From: Tubiluchus corallicola
Taxonomy: Eukaryota; Animalia; Priapulida
DNA length: 64,000 nucleotides
Assembly: GCA_030141605.1 (NCBI GenBank)
Contig: JAQGDQ010000006.1
Coordinates: 930,001 to 994,000 of the forward strand
Direction of reading: 5' to 3'
Part shown: one piece after another, positions 27,201 to 40,500 of the stretch
Layout: each line of letters starts with the position of its first letter
How positions within the stretch are numbered: the first letter of the stretch is position 1
Translations under genes and position numbers: made by a program
The notes under the pieces: model-generated
Told to the model about the DNA's origin: nothing
Databases searched by the model: none
The model's input: only the letters and a program-made list of their open reading frames with translations

Positions 27201-30200
27201 GTACTACTTACACAAAATATAGAGATTAACATTCCTGGCTTACAATTTTTAAAATATCGCAAAAACAAGGTTGCAACTGTTCAATGCATATATTTAACTA
27301 TTTTCAAGGGCTCACTTGCAGTTTAGGTGGTTCACAGTTTATTGCATAATTATATATTTATCCTATAGCTCAGCAGCACTCAAAAGTGATTAACTATTAA
27401 TAATTGTTTTATCCTTTAGTATAGTATCCTTTAGGCTCGTGAGCTCTACTGTATTATTGAGAGTAGTACTACTAATTGTGTCATAGTTGCTGCTGATGGC
27501 AAAGGAAACCAGGTGATTTGCAAAGTTGTATGTGAAGGAAATTGCAAAAGGCATAAGGACTGAAATTTGATGCATGTGCGCACGTGAAAGACTTAAATGC
27601 CACACGCCTAATGCATGAGAGTTGGCAGGTCTGACTGATCTGCTCACATTAGTAATTTCTCAAAAAGACCTGTTCTCTACAAAAATGGCTGTGCAAAGGC
27701 ATACAATGACTAGACAAAGGAGCTCTGTGATATGATAGTGCACATATGTTTTTTCCTGAAAATGTTAAATTTATTGAATATCTATGTGACCTTGACCTTG
27801 ACTCTGACCTTGACAGTTTAAAGATGTTTAGACATTATAAAGATGTTTCTGAGATAATCTGAATGATTATAGTTATGATAGAGACACTTGCTCCCTGAAT
27901 GTAATGCATGACTGTGGCCTTGAAGCGTCAGCAGAAGCGTACCACAAGGTGGTTCCCCATCTGAAAATGATCCATTTGGTTTAAAGGTATACTGTGGGAA
28001 ATTTCTAGCTTTATCATTTTTTGCACAATTTTCAGTTATCTGTACCACTGTTAGGCCTGGGGAAAGTTGTTTGGTTTCAGCATTCTCATGGTCTACCATA
28101 GCGTCATATCTGATGGCAATACATGTTCTGTAATGATTACTGCTATTTCTGTAATGATTACAATATTAGGCAATATTTTCTTGTCTGACTTTTGCAGAAA
28201 GGGACAATGCTTGGAAAAGAGTTAAATTAGAAATATCTAACACGAGTGGTCAAATCTGGAGAAGAAAAAAGCATTGGAACTTACAGCATAAAGCCATGGT
28301 AACAGCCCTGGATTAATCATTAAGCAAAATAAGCATGTGCTTAGGGCCTCAGTGTAAGAGGGGTAACCTGCGATTTTTTTTCAAATCGAATAATTACCCA
28401 AAAGTAAAATACCAGCATGGCTGTCCCTTTATAAAATTTTTAGTCTCTGTATTTTTAACCTAATATTACTGTTTTGTGCAATGTAAAACTGATGCGTAGC
28501 ATTTACTATAAAAAAATCTTACTGCATTTTTTTTAATTTGAAGTATAAAATTTCATTTTACAGTTTCGTATATTTTTATTCTCAATTACACCCATATGGG
28601 AGTACCTTACTCTTTTTAGTGCTTAGGGCCTCTTGAGGTCTTAATCTGCATAAGATTAAATGTAGCTCTTTTTTTAAATGCACCAGGTACTGCTTGCTTG
28701 AGAATGTGGTGATAAATATTAGCTGCCACACACGCATAAAGCTAGAATATTCTTCTGTAAATGAGCTGTATTTGAATAGAAAGCATGTAGCTAAAAATTT
28801 AAACTTAAATTTAAGAAAATGAGACTCTATGATTGTGGCATGTTTCACACTGAAAACAAACATTATTCTTATCGCAGGAATATGAATATGAATGTCCCAG
28901 TACCTACAGTCTAAAATATAATGCAAAATTCATGTGCGCAACATATGCACATGGATACACGACATTAGGTGATAATGGTGTAACAAAAAGATGTAACAAA
29001 CTATGCTTCACCCATAATAGGGCTGTCTGTATGCCAATGTGTACCAGCTTGGTGTCGGATCTGCCCAGTGTCGGACGTACATTATAATCAGTAGTATTTC
29101 TATTGCACCATTATCATCTAATGTCATGTATCGATGTGTATGTGCTGCAGACATGAAGTATACATTGTATTTTAAATTGTGGGTACTAGGACCAAATGGC
29201 ATTGTTGTGAGAACAATAAAAAATGCTAATTTTTGGTGTTGGACGTACCACAAGGATAGGGCCAGGTTTCCCCAAGTAGCATACACAAGAGAAAACATCC
29301 AAGGCAATACTTTACACCACACTGAAAAGTCTGTGTAGTGGACTTGAAAAACTAATATGGAGAATGACTTCAGACTGTTTCTTACAGGATTATATGAAAA
29401 CGCAATATCAGCATCTAATTTGCATGTCTCACGAGCAGATTATGAGCTTAAAGTATTTATTTTGTATCAAAAGTATTTTTCTTCAAAACTAGGTGACACT
29501 ATCTGCGTAATTAATACACAAACAACTTTGTAGAATAATTTCAAAATTTTGGTGTGCGGGTTGACATATTGGAGGAATTGCCCTGCTTGCAGGCCTGCTA
29601 GCACCTATGAAAAAGGGCACAAGAAGCACTATATTGGTTACTGGATATGTTGCAGCTGCACTAACGACAGTATCTGATATGCACATTCCTATTTATTCAG
29701 TGTCATACTTGTTATTGGTATTACATAACTTATAAATCTCTTGTTGCTGTTTTATTAATTGTATTAGACTCTCATGCACCAAGAATCTAAGATAAAGCTG
29801 ATATTGGTATGTCTTTTTTTTTGCTAACTCAAGTTTTTATTTCAACTCAAATAGATTACTTACTGGCTCATTACTAGCTCCATTCGGTTTTTGTTAAAAG
29901 AATTTCCAAGGGCCATGAATAATAAGGAGGCAGTGTCAAGCAATCTAGCCCTCCTTTTTTGAAGTTTCCTAGGCAAAGTCAAATTAAATATTTGAGGATA
30001 AATGCAACTCTATTAAAAGTAAAACAAAAAGGGTAAATTATAGTTGTAGAATCCTGTAAAAGGCCATTTTCATTAAACAAAAAAGTTTGTTAAAATATTA
30101 AATTTGACTTATAAATAATGTAAATTTAGAAATATGAATGTAGGTTGTCAATAACTCCGCCTTTTTTTTATACAAAATATTTTATAAAAAATTCAGAAGA

Positions 30201-33041
30201 AAAACTAGCTGCTTACAGTTACATTATATATTTTAAGGTATAGCATGCTAGCTTGTGAGCTAGTACTTACTGAATGTGTATAAACTCACTAATCTATGGA
30301 GTTGTTTCAGAGTTAGTGTAGCCCCAGGGGTATCACAATTTTCAAAATCAGGAAACTCTTTGAAATGCCGAATGCTACTGGATTAGTATTTACATGAACG
30401 TTTTTTTTTAATTAGAACTTGTTGATATTGACAGGATGGCAGGTGCACTGCAGACTTCAGTTCTGGTGATGATGGATTACATTTTGTTCCTCCAAATCGA
30501 TATAAAGGTTGGCATCTGTACTTTTCTGATCAGATGTTTTCTGACATGTCAGATGCAGGCAAAACAGTTTCTGCTTTTGAACATTTTTTTCTGAGCCAAA
30601 TGGGGGCTTTTGATCGACAGCAAATAATTACAAGAGGTGCATTTACAATAGATTTTGAAATTCTTGTTGAGGAGGACAACATAAAGAGTACCTTTCCAGA
30701 TTTTCGCAAAATGTTTCCTGAAAAGTCTGAATTTTTCATTAGATGCATTGGTCTAGCTATGCACCACGTTTTGTCATCTACCATTGAAGAAAAGAACGAG
30801 GTAGTGTTGTTTGGTATGCTTCCAAGCAGTACCGATGAATCAAGTCCAGATGCTACTTTACTGCCAGTTATTCATGCACGAATAATCAATTATGAACCAG
30901 TCTCATCTCTGAAAAATCTGACAGCAAACGCTTATGGTAAATTTATTTGTCTTAGAGGCACAGTAATTCATGTTAGTAATACAAAACCCTTTTGCTGCAA
31001 GATGGCATTTAAATGTAATGCTTGTGGTAGACAACAAACATTGACATTACCAGATGGCAAGCAAGTTTTACCTAGAAAATGCTCATCAACAACCTGTAGA
31101 AGCAAAAGCTTTGCTCTAAGTCATAGTTACAACCAAACTGAAATAATGGATTGGCAGACAATCAGGCTACAAGAAACTGTGGATGATGATCAGAAAGATG
31201 GCAAGAGGATTCCACTCACAGTTGATTGTGAAATGACATATGACCTTGTTGATAGCTGTGTTCCAGGTGACACTATATCAGTGTGTGGTGTTGTTAAAGT
31301 TACTGATTCAGATGAAAACAGAAGAAAAGATAATAAAGACAAATGTACATTTGCCCTTTACATTCATGCAAACTCTGTATTGTCAGGGAACAGAGCAGAT
31401 AGTTTTTCTGACATGTTAATGGACGTCACAGGCAATGACTTTTTGTCAATCCAGAATATTCAGGCTGAACCTCATTTATTCCGTCTTTTGGTTAACTCCT
31501 TGTGTCCACAAATTCATGGTCACGAAACAGTGAAAGCAGGATTGTTGTTAGGTCTTTTTGGTGGTTCACAGAAATACCGAGATGGCAAGAATCACATTCA
31601 TGTCAGGGGTGACCCACATATACTAGTTGTGGGTGATCCTGGTCTAGGAAAGTCACAGATGTTGCAAGCTGTTTCAAATGTTGCTCCTAGAGGCGTGTAT
31701 GTCTCGGGAAATACAACAACCACTTCTGGATTAACAGTTACTCTGTGTAACGATGGTGCTGGTGATTGTGCAGTAGAGGCTGGTGCATTAATTCTTGCTG
31801 ATCAGGGTTGTTGCTGCATTGATGAGTTTGACAAGATGGGAAACCAACATCAAGCACTACTAGAAGCAATGGAGCAGCAATGCGTTAGCATTGCTAAAGC
31901 TGGCACCGTCTGTAGTTTATTAGCACGGACCTCAGTCATTGCAGCTGCAAATCCTGTAAGTGGACATTACAACAGGGCAAAAACTGTGTCAGAAAACTTA
32001 AAAATGAGAGGTGACTTGTTATCCCGGTTTGATTTGGTTTTAATTTTGCTAGACATACATGACGAGGAACTCGACTGTAAGGTCTCTGAGCAGGTGATGG
32101 CTCAGCATAATGATAGCAAGAGGAAAAAGAAAGATATTGAAGAACAGAAAAACGTCAGTCCGCATTCATCTGAACTATGTGAATCCAGTATTTGTTGGAG
32201 TGAAAGAACACTTGCAGAGCAGCTGAAATTTTACCCTGGAGAAATTTACCAACCAATTGCTCCACAATATTTACGAAAGGTTTGCGCATTTATCTATCCT
32301 TCTTGAAATTTCTGTTATACCTCTAGGGCATATTGTAATCAAATTGTGCTGCATGGACTGCATCGATTTATAAAAAAAACACTTTTTCAACTTTGATTGT
32401 CAGTTAAAATGCAAAAAAATATTGCAACCAGTTTTAACAGTATTGTTTATACTTCTGTTTGCAATTACTAACTTAATTAGTATTTTTATGTAATAACATT
32501 GTGATATTATTTTTTATAGTATATTCGATATGCCAGAAAGCATGTGCACCCAAAAATTACAAGTGCAGCTGCAAAAGTTCTTCAGGATTTCTACATGAAA
32601 TTACAGCGGTGTTATCAGGAGCATGATGCTGTTGCCATAACAACCAGGCAGTTAGAAGTGCTTATTCGGCTTACCGAAGCTCGTGCTCGTGTGGAACTAC
32701 GGGAGGAAGCTAGTGAACTTGATGCTAATGACGCCGTTGAACTAATGAAATTTAGCATGTATAGTACTTGCTCTGGTGAAAATGGTTATTTGGACTTTCA
32801 GCGATCACAGCATGGTTCAGGCATGAGCAGTGCTAAACAAGCAAAGATAATGATTGCTGCATTAACCAAAGTTGCTCAGCAAACGTGTAACTCATTCTTC
32901 ACAGTGCAACATATGTGTCAGATTGCCCATGCCTGTGGTATACATGTTATAGATTTTGATGGCTTTATAAGCTCTTTAAATGTGCAGGGATTCATTCTGA
33001 AAAAAGGCCCAAAAATGTACAAACTGATGACCGTAGAATAA
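21208..33041 (+). CDS. MCM8: DNA helicase MCM8
   Basis: Firm exons: 30435-32279 and 32520-33041 (YLRK|YIRYARK junction). Motifs: RYKGWHLYF, zinc finger CNAC..CSSTTC, Walker A GDPGLGKSQ, Walker B IDEFDKM, arginine finger LLSRFD, sensor II TTRQLEVLIRLTEARAR, MCM8-typical C-terminus LDFQRSQHGSGMS...QGFILKKGPKMYKL. Inferred in-phase 5' exons: 21208-21217 (least certain), 28198-28298, 29768-29806; total 838 aa. Confidence 0.93.
21470..22226 (+). mobile_element. RTE-type LINE 3' fragments (two pieces; the second is interrupted by the CR1 insertion)
   Basis: Degenerate translations IRWPYIIKNEDL..RRLR*LGHLLRLP and KYKYLGS..KLRIF..FLYN*ELWT..IDAFQRR..GIKWPKKISNQDL. Confidence 0.8.
22234..26675 (+). 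mobile_element. Near full-length, inactivated CR1-clade LINE (ORF1 plus endonuclease-RT ORF2)
   Basis: ORF1 remnants: PHD-like WFCMGC near 22690 and NFGLPE..IHRVGK..VYIKPNYT at 22959-23354. Endonuclease: YFNAR..IETWL, ILDLLITND. RT: DVIYLSFSKAFDTV, PQGSILGPILF, MFADDTKIY. CR1-typical tail FFSHRIVNKWNSLP. Many stops and frameshifts. Confidence 0.93.
26676..27170 (+). mobile_element. Continuation of the RTE-type LINE, with a partial internal duplication
   Basis: EWTVKIKRRSLRWIGHV resumes where 22226 stopped; the stretch DAF.RRNYRN..ISNKDLYNKVKTEEWTVKIKRRRLRWIRHVIRLP then recurs at about 26740-26950. Confidence 0.82.
28303..28652. mobile_element. Short non-autonomous DNA element in MCM8 intron 2
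   Basis: Ends CAGCCCTGGATTAA and TCTTAATCTGCA, with an internal GTGCTTAGGGCCTC repeat at both ends; a related motif occurs at about 330-360. Confidence 0.45.
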
Positions 33042-33283
33042 TTATTTTTCTGCAGATATACACTGAAACACAAGTGTACCAAAATATAGAGTAATTGTTG
33101 CTCAGTAATGTGTTACTCACTGACTTTTATCAATACTTCTCCATTACCATATATATACATGTATATAGAGCTTGCTACCAATATATATATATAATATCTT
33201 TATGTGAATTGATTAGGGGTGGTTATGATTTGCAAGTGTGGCACTTTATTGGGTAATAACTGAATACTGATTAACCAGTAATG

Positions 33284-33671
33284 ACAGGTTCGGTTCACCA
33301 CACTCGCATGCGCATAGGATTTAGTCAGCTAAATTATGACCTGTCACTTAAAAATTGTAAAAATAATGATGGTTCTCTAGTATCACCTTACTGTTCTTGT
33401 AGTGCCTCTCTTGAAACATATGAACACTTTTTTTCTAAATTGTTCAAACTACATAATACCAAGAAATAAAATGTTTAACAACCTTAGTTCTTTATATGAC
33501 AACAATGACGTTAGAAATTTGGCAGTTAGAAATATTTGAAATTTGTTATGCGGAGATTAAAATTTAAGTTATGTAGTTAATTGTAAAATATTTGACTGTG
33601 TACAGTTGTGCGCATAAGTTGTAAAAACTTTCTGGTACAAACCGGCAAATAAAATTATATTTAAATTAAAA
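33284..33671 (+). mobile_element. 5'-truncated LINE with a 14-bp target-site duplication, just downstream of the MCM8 stop
   Basis: ATTAACCAGTAATG at 33270-33283 and 33672-33685; interior HTRMRIGFSQLN...SPYCSC...ETYEHFF (LINE C-terminal CCHC region); AATAAA and an A-rich 3' end. Confidence 0.85.
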
Positions 33672-34539
33672 ATTAACCAGTAATGGCTACATTCTGGTTT
33701 TGTTTACATATTATTTTACAAATTATCAATAATTTATTAAAATATTGAAATTATTTAATTTTACACTCACCTTGATTTTCTTAGAACTTCATTTATTTAA
33801 TGTTTCATTTGCCCTCTGTGAAAGTTTTCTTTGGTGTATTTTGTTGCTTTTGTTTCTAAAGCTTGATTGTTCTCGTTGTGAAATTTCTATTTTGAATAAA
33901 TGTTAATTAAACGTTCCACAGCTTTAAACACGTTTTCTTTTTATTCCATTGACAATCATAATTTTATACTTTACAAAGCTTATACTGCCATGAACACATT
34001 CAATGTGTCGTAATGTGATCCACAAACTCATAATCGGACAGCTTCAACAAACAACTAGAGCAAACACAAGTATAATACACACTTTGGTTTGAATCTACGT
34101 GTAGAATGTTTTTGAACAAAACAATGAACGCAGTAACAACAGGTAGCTCTTAGCCTTAAGATCCTCGCTCACTCATAGATATTCATACATCAAGCTGCGC
34201 AACAACAATATACAATTTGTTGTAGCAAACTATAAGAGGGTAAGCTCATTAAGATAACAGAACCTATTCTTTGCTAAACCTAGCACCTTCAAAATATACA
34301 TGTGTATACAAGAGATATTCTTAATGAAATAATAATCTTTCCGTAATCCTAAGACAGACAGCAGAATTAATAACGAACTTGCTTAAAACTTCTCTTTTAA
34401 GTAACCTTGTAATTAAATATGCATATTACACAGCGTATTGTATTGGACACATTAACAGATGGGTAGTTCTTAATCTTACTGCACATAATTACATCCATAT
34501 ATACACATTAAAATCTGTACAAGAATAAAAATTTTGTAA

Positions 34540-37500
34540 TTAGCTTTCCACCTTTCCTCCCACTGCACCGAGCTCATCATCATTATCGTCTTCATATTCA
34601 CTGTGACTTTCGTCGTCTTTCAGCTCGGCCTCTTCTGAAAGATCTGTTTCCAGTGTACTTGTTTTTGCTTTCACTACAAGTAACAATGAAGAATATGATT
34701 TAGAAGAGTAAAGATTTAGAATGTGAAGGGTGATTAAGAAAATGTCACACTTCCTGCTACGAAAAAGGTTACTGACTTAGATATCAGTATTAGCCATAAC
34801 CTAAAATTCACTTCACGTTTCAGAAATATCTGTCAAAATTAAATCGAACTATCAACATGATTTTTTGCCGCTTTACGTCTAATGATAAATATACTTTCGT
34901 TAAAGTACATAAACCGTGCACGTGTAACAGACAATATTAGTAAAATATTGTACAGTACACCTGTATGGAATCTGAACTTAAAACTGAAATAAGAAATATA
35001 TGCATATCAATCAAAATCTTTTAACGGACACATGTAAGTAAGGAGACTCTTTGAGTTTTTGAACCATCTTCCAACTTCTGTCTTTTTAGGCTCTGTGTTT
35101 TAATTCTACTATATATTTTAATTACTTTTAACTTCTTCTCTTTGAGTTCCAGGTTTCACACAACTGTTGATTCTTGTTTTGACATTCACAAATCAGTCAA
35201 AGTCATTTTCTTCACAGAAAATCAATATGGAAACTTCACGTAGGTGATTGTATTATACTATGTCAGCAAAACCGTTTTTGCAGCGGCAAGTTATTAACTG
35301 CATTCCTGACATACAAGCGTTTGATACCTCATCAGACAACATTACATTCCTCAGTCCACTATACTAACAGTTTGGTTTGTTACTACAGCAGTACCCTATG
35401 GTTTTTATATAAAGCCAAAATTTTCCAGGGTTCTGCAGTGCTTCTGGTCCCTACCTTGCTAAACCCAGGAAAGCCCAGTATCCATCTTTTCTCCCAACCA
35501 CTGATCACTAATCTTGACTGTATAATTCACTTTGTCCATGTTTATTCAAATAGTGAAAAATTAATGTACATCTAAATACGGTAAATTCTTAGCAGAAGCA
35601 TGTAATCACTTGCCATCTAATTTGGAAACGGTTGGTAAAGATGCTGGTGTATTCTTTCTTTTTAGAACTTTCTTTTTCGCTTGTTTAGGTGCTGATGTTT
35701 GTTCTCTTTTTTCTGCTGGTGGTTTGTCCTGTTTAACTACTTTCTTCACTTCCCCAGGCTGCTCAGGTTCTGTTGATATTTCTTGATTTTCTTTATCTAT
35801 TTTTTTCCTCTGGAATTTACTTCTCTGGAAAAACACAAGACAACGTGTGTATGAGTCATGAAAAACATTATGTAGTAACAAAAGAAATTTTCTATACATG
35901 TCTTACATACGCATTTTGAATCAATGCAATTAAGCAACGTTGTTCAGCTGCGCACATAATGTCTACAGCGAATTATTGTAATCTGTTAATTGAAGGTGTG
36001 AAATTAATTTTGCAGTTACTTTTATTATTACTCTGGCAGTCTTTAGTTAATTTTACAAAGCAGTTCAGATGTGACATTGAATGTAACGCCTGCTGAATAT
36101 ATAAATGGAGTGAACTGAGATAATAGTTCTATTAGTTATAAAGAAGCATATGCGAAATTTAATACAGTTGGCCTGAATGTTACCCACCTGTCTTGGTGAA
36201 GATACTATCTCATAAGGCAATAACGTTGGTCCTAGTTTTTCAGCAACCTGTAAGCATTGTTCCAATGGCTCCTCTTCTTCGGGTATTGAGTTTTTTCTTA
36301 GTCTCATTGGCATGTAACCTGGAAAAATTGTCATCAATCATTTCTTGAAAAGAAATTATATATGTTCTGCACATCGTTATTTGTCTGAAGTATCTTACTC
36401 CTGTTCCTGGCAAGTAATAATGGCCATGCAGTTTGAACAGACTAGGTCAGGATAAACAGTAACGCAACTGCAAGATTTATTGACACGATGCTTCATACTT
36501 TGAGTGTATTAATTTGTAAGTTTGTCAAGTGAAATTAGTGAATACATTCTTAACTGGCGCAACGTAATTTAATTACGCTAACTTAAATGACGTGAACTGT
36601 GTGTGCACGTGTAGAGTGTGTCAAAAACTACAAACATAGAGCAGAAGATCAGAAGAAAATTACGAAAAATTTAAAGCTTCTTTATAAAAATCTATAGCTT
36701 TTTTTAAAATGGTCGTTACTATCACTTTTATCACACTGAATCTGAAAAAAAGCTGTTGCTAATTTGAAAAATGAACCTATGGAACCATTAACAAGAAAAC
36801 AAAATGATCATCACCAATTATTTTGCAACAAATATAATCAAATTACCGATTAAATATAAAGTATCTTAAAATAAATATTGGAAGTCAATTCGTATATTGA
36901 TTTTTTAAGGTAAATTCAACTCAACGAATCAAATTCTGTATTTTTTATTTAATATTGTTGCGGAGCCCTCCCCTGGACGCCAAGATGGCCGAGCAGTCAG
37001 CCTTCGTTTGACCGCGTTGCATCCTATCAGGAAGGAGTGCACAAGAAAGAAAGACAAAAGATAATTAATTAGATTCAAACTATGCCGTACCTACCAAAAT
37101 GACAACCACTGCTAGGCACTGGAAAGAGCAGCACACATGGTGAACGTGACAACCCCGACAGAGACGTAGAAAACTACGTGCTCACTGCTTTTATAGCAAA
37201 TGACGCGCATTGCTATATATATATAGCACCCTGACTAAGCGTGCCCACAACAATATAATAATGTTCAAAATCGCCACCACAATAATAAACAATGAAAATC
37301 AAATGCACTAATATGAGCCATTTTATTATATCTTATCCCTAGCTTTATTTTAAAAAGAGCAGAGTAACATTTTTTTCCTATGCATGTCGTGAATACGAAC
37401 AAAGTGTTTACCAGTTCTTAACAAATAATACAAAATGATTTATAAGAAAAGACAAAATCCCGCACTGCAAGTGACTGTATATATTGGAAATACTGTGATA

Positions 37501-40500
37501 AATAGTCGTATTGTACGATGTCGTAAATCACTCGAAACAAATAACGTTTATATATATTTAGTGACGATCAATTGTTTTTTTAAAATGTCATGAATATTTG
37601 AAAAACACTAAGTTGAACAAAACATAAAATCTAGCGTTCTATGTGGATAAAAGAATCGTTTTTGGCATCACGTTTTCATATTGGCGAATCTTTGCAAAAA
37701 ATGCTGGTTTACTTTTAAGAGGCACAGGTAATACACTAATGCCAGAGTGTGTGCATTACAAAAGTCAATAAGTCATGCGGTCTTCTCCATTTGCTCAGTA
37801 GTTTCGTCAGAGTTAACGGTCCAGAAAGCATTCATGATGTTGACATAAAAAATCTTACTGCGTTAGAGCTATCCACATAGTGGACCTGCAAAAAGCGCCA
37901 CACTTAAACCACAAGAAAACCCTCCACTTACATAAAGTTTAAAAATTCGTCTTGAAATTTTATATCACTTACATACTGCCTTTTTGCATATTATATTTGC
38001 GTCGGCAATAACGCTGTATAAAACATGTAAATTTAAACTCCCTCGATGACCTTAGACGCAGCCATTTTGACGATAAATCATTTGAAACAAGCTTAGATAA
38101 CATTGTGTAAAGCTTGAAAAAATAATCGGCATTCGTAGCGCACGCGTCACTAACTAAATAAAATTTAAAATTACTGTATCTTGTCAATAAGATTAAAAAT
38201 CCGTTTTTGGTTAGTGAGTGATGTACACTGTATGGTGAGTCAGCGACACTTTAGCAATTGGTGAAAGCATTTTAGATAATTAATAATTTCCTTTTCTAGT
38301 TTCATAAGTTTTTCAAACAGGCAAGCGAAATGCTAAGTAATATAATTTTGCAAGGAAAGTTTTTTGGAACATATTTTAGCATTTACTTTTCTTCCCCTGA
38401 TTTACGTTGTCCGTATATGACGCCATGTAATGGCGTGGTCGGGACAGTGTCGTGGGAGATTTAAAGTGAAAACAGAGAAAAATCATTTCAACGCTAGTAC
38501 GATATACGCATAAACTTGCTATAAAGTAATATAATTCTTTAAGGCGATTTTTCTGAATCCTCCTTCAGGAACCCCTTTTCTTCTCCTTTAAGTGGCGTTT
38601 ACCTGGCATCCGGAATGCGATATGCGTTATATATCAACCTGCGGAATAGCTGCGCTTAAAAATCAATATAAAATAGCTGCAGAGAAAAATAACGCATAAC
38701 GCATGTCTGATAAACGGGTGCATTGACAACAATATAACCGATTTTATCTAGTGCGCATCCGCATAACGTACACGATACTTTACCGGTATATTTTAGGCAA
38801 TTCAGGAGCTCGACGCAAGCCGATTAGGTGGACGTTACATTTTAAACCAGTTTTAAATTATGAATGACAGTTTTAAGAAGGTTTTTCTAAGGAAATTTCT
38901 AATTTGTTTTAGCATTTGCGCATAATTTGCTAGTGACACAATTACGTGGCTATTATTTTACTTAAACTATTTGATCCTAAATATTAAACGATTAAACTAA
39001 ACTAAACTTTCAGAAAAACCAACCAGTCAAACAGATTCAACCTTCCAAATATTTCGCCTGAATATATTCAATAACTAAGTATAAATATACGAGCATTATC
39101 AGTTCCTATCAAAGTTCTATAAGAACGACTATAGAATGCCCACCCCAACTTGCCGAGGATACGAAGCTGCACTATTTTTAGGCTCAATAATTAGTTTCGC
39201 GACTGTCTTTGATCAGCAATCTTCAGAGCCGTATTATCAATGGATATAGCTTTAGTCTTTCTTTTGTAATGGCGCTTTGATTTTCTATTAAAGAGTGGCG
39301 ATAGCACTGGCATTTCATACTGATGATTTACCGAACGGTTTTGTATATGTCTAGTAAAAATGGCTTTATAAATACAAAATTCTGATCACTAAGATAAAAA
39401 TCGTTCTCCACTAACATTTTCGGGCTTATAATTAAGACCCGTGTCACACAGAAAAAGCCGTAAGGAGCAAACCATAATCCGCAACACAGAAGTCGTCTTC
39501 CATCTTCCGTAAGGCTCATGTCGTAATTCGTCGTGCTCCTTGCTCTGTGTAACTAGCAAGGCGTTTCGCCACAATCCGTTTTTTGGTGGGAGGCGCGAAG
39601 CTACCTACATTTTGATGTAATAAATACTTTAGTTTAATAGTTAATATAATTTTACACAATACGGAATAACAGATTATCTGTCGCATACATTGTATAATAT
39701 GACTGACTGATATGTTGCCTCCCGCATGTAGTATACGTTTCTTATGCGCGTTGTAGTCATACGGAAGTTGTAAATAAGTGTTGGGGGATAAAAATGCCTT
39801 TTGAAGTTAAAGTGCATCGATATCATGAATTCTTATGATATAGATGAATTTTGTATAGAAATAAGCTTAGTTACCCTAATTTTCACATTAGCGATAAGCA
39901 AAAACACCTTATGGCAAATGAAATTAATGGCCAAATTCATTTCGTCACAAGGCGCCTTTATGAAACGCTCAAAACGACTTGCAAGGAATCTATCGCGGAT
40001 TATGGTTGATGGCTTATGGTAGGCAAGCGCGGAAAACGGCAAGTGGATTCTGTGTGACAGGTCCATTGGTTAGTATACGTTCATTTTTCATGAGACGGTT
40101 TTTCTCCTCACGGCTTACGCCTTACGGATTATGTCTGACACGGGCCTCAAGGAAATGGACGCAAAACACAAATTAACATTCATGATATATATTATAAACA
40201 ATTAGTCGACACACTGTGTGTATTATTTGGATTTATTCACACACGCAAACACCTGATACTGCACATATTCGCACCTTCAGCTGGATAACTTGTTTTCCTT
40301 CGAGGAATAACCGCTGCGTGTGGGGGTGCCACTTCATCAACCCTTGCTTGTAACAAGTAATTCTCGTGAATCATCACTTCTATCATCTCACCTGGCAGAG
40401 ACTTGGATTTCGGACGTCGAAAATCTGCAATATAAAAGAGCAAGTCTTTATTTCATTATTTATTTTGGTTAGTGTCCATAGAGGGCGTTGCGTAATTGAT

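Noticed and set aside
30534-32306. ORF-track start and stop for MCM8
   Set aside because: The conserved YKGWHLYF motif lies upstream of 30534, and the frame splices at 32279 to 32520, so the ORF ends are not the gene ends.
36975-37040. tRNA-like start GCCAAGATGGCCGAGCAGTC
   Set aside because: Only an A-box-like motif; no B box or cloverleaf follows.
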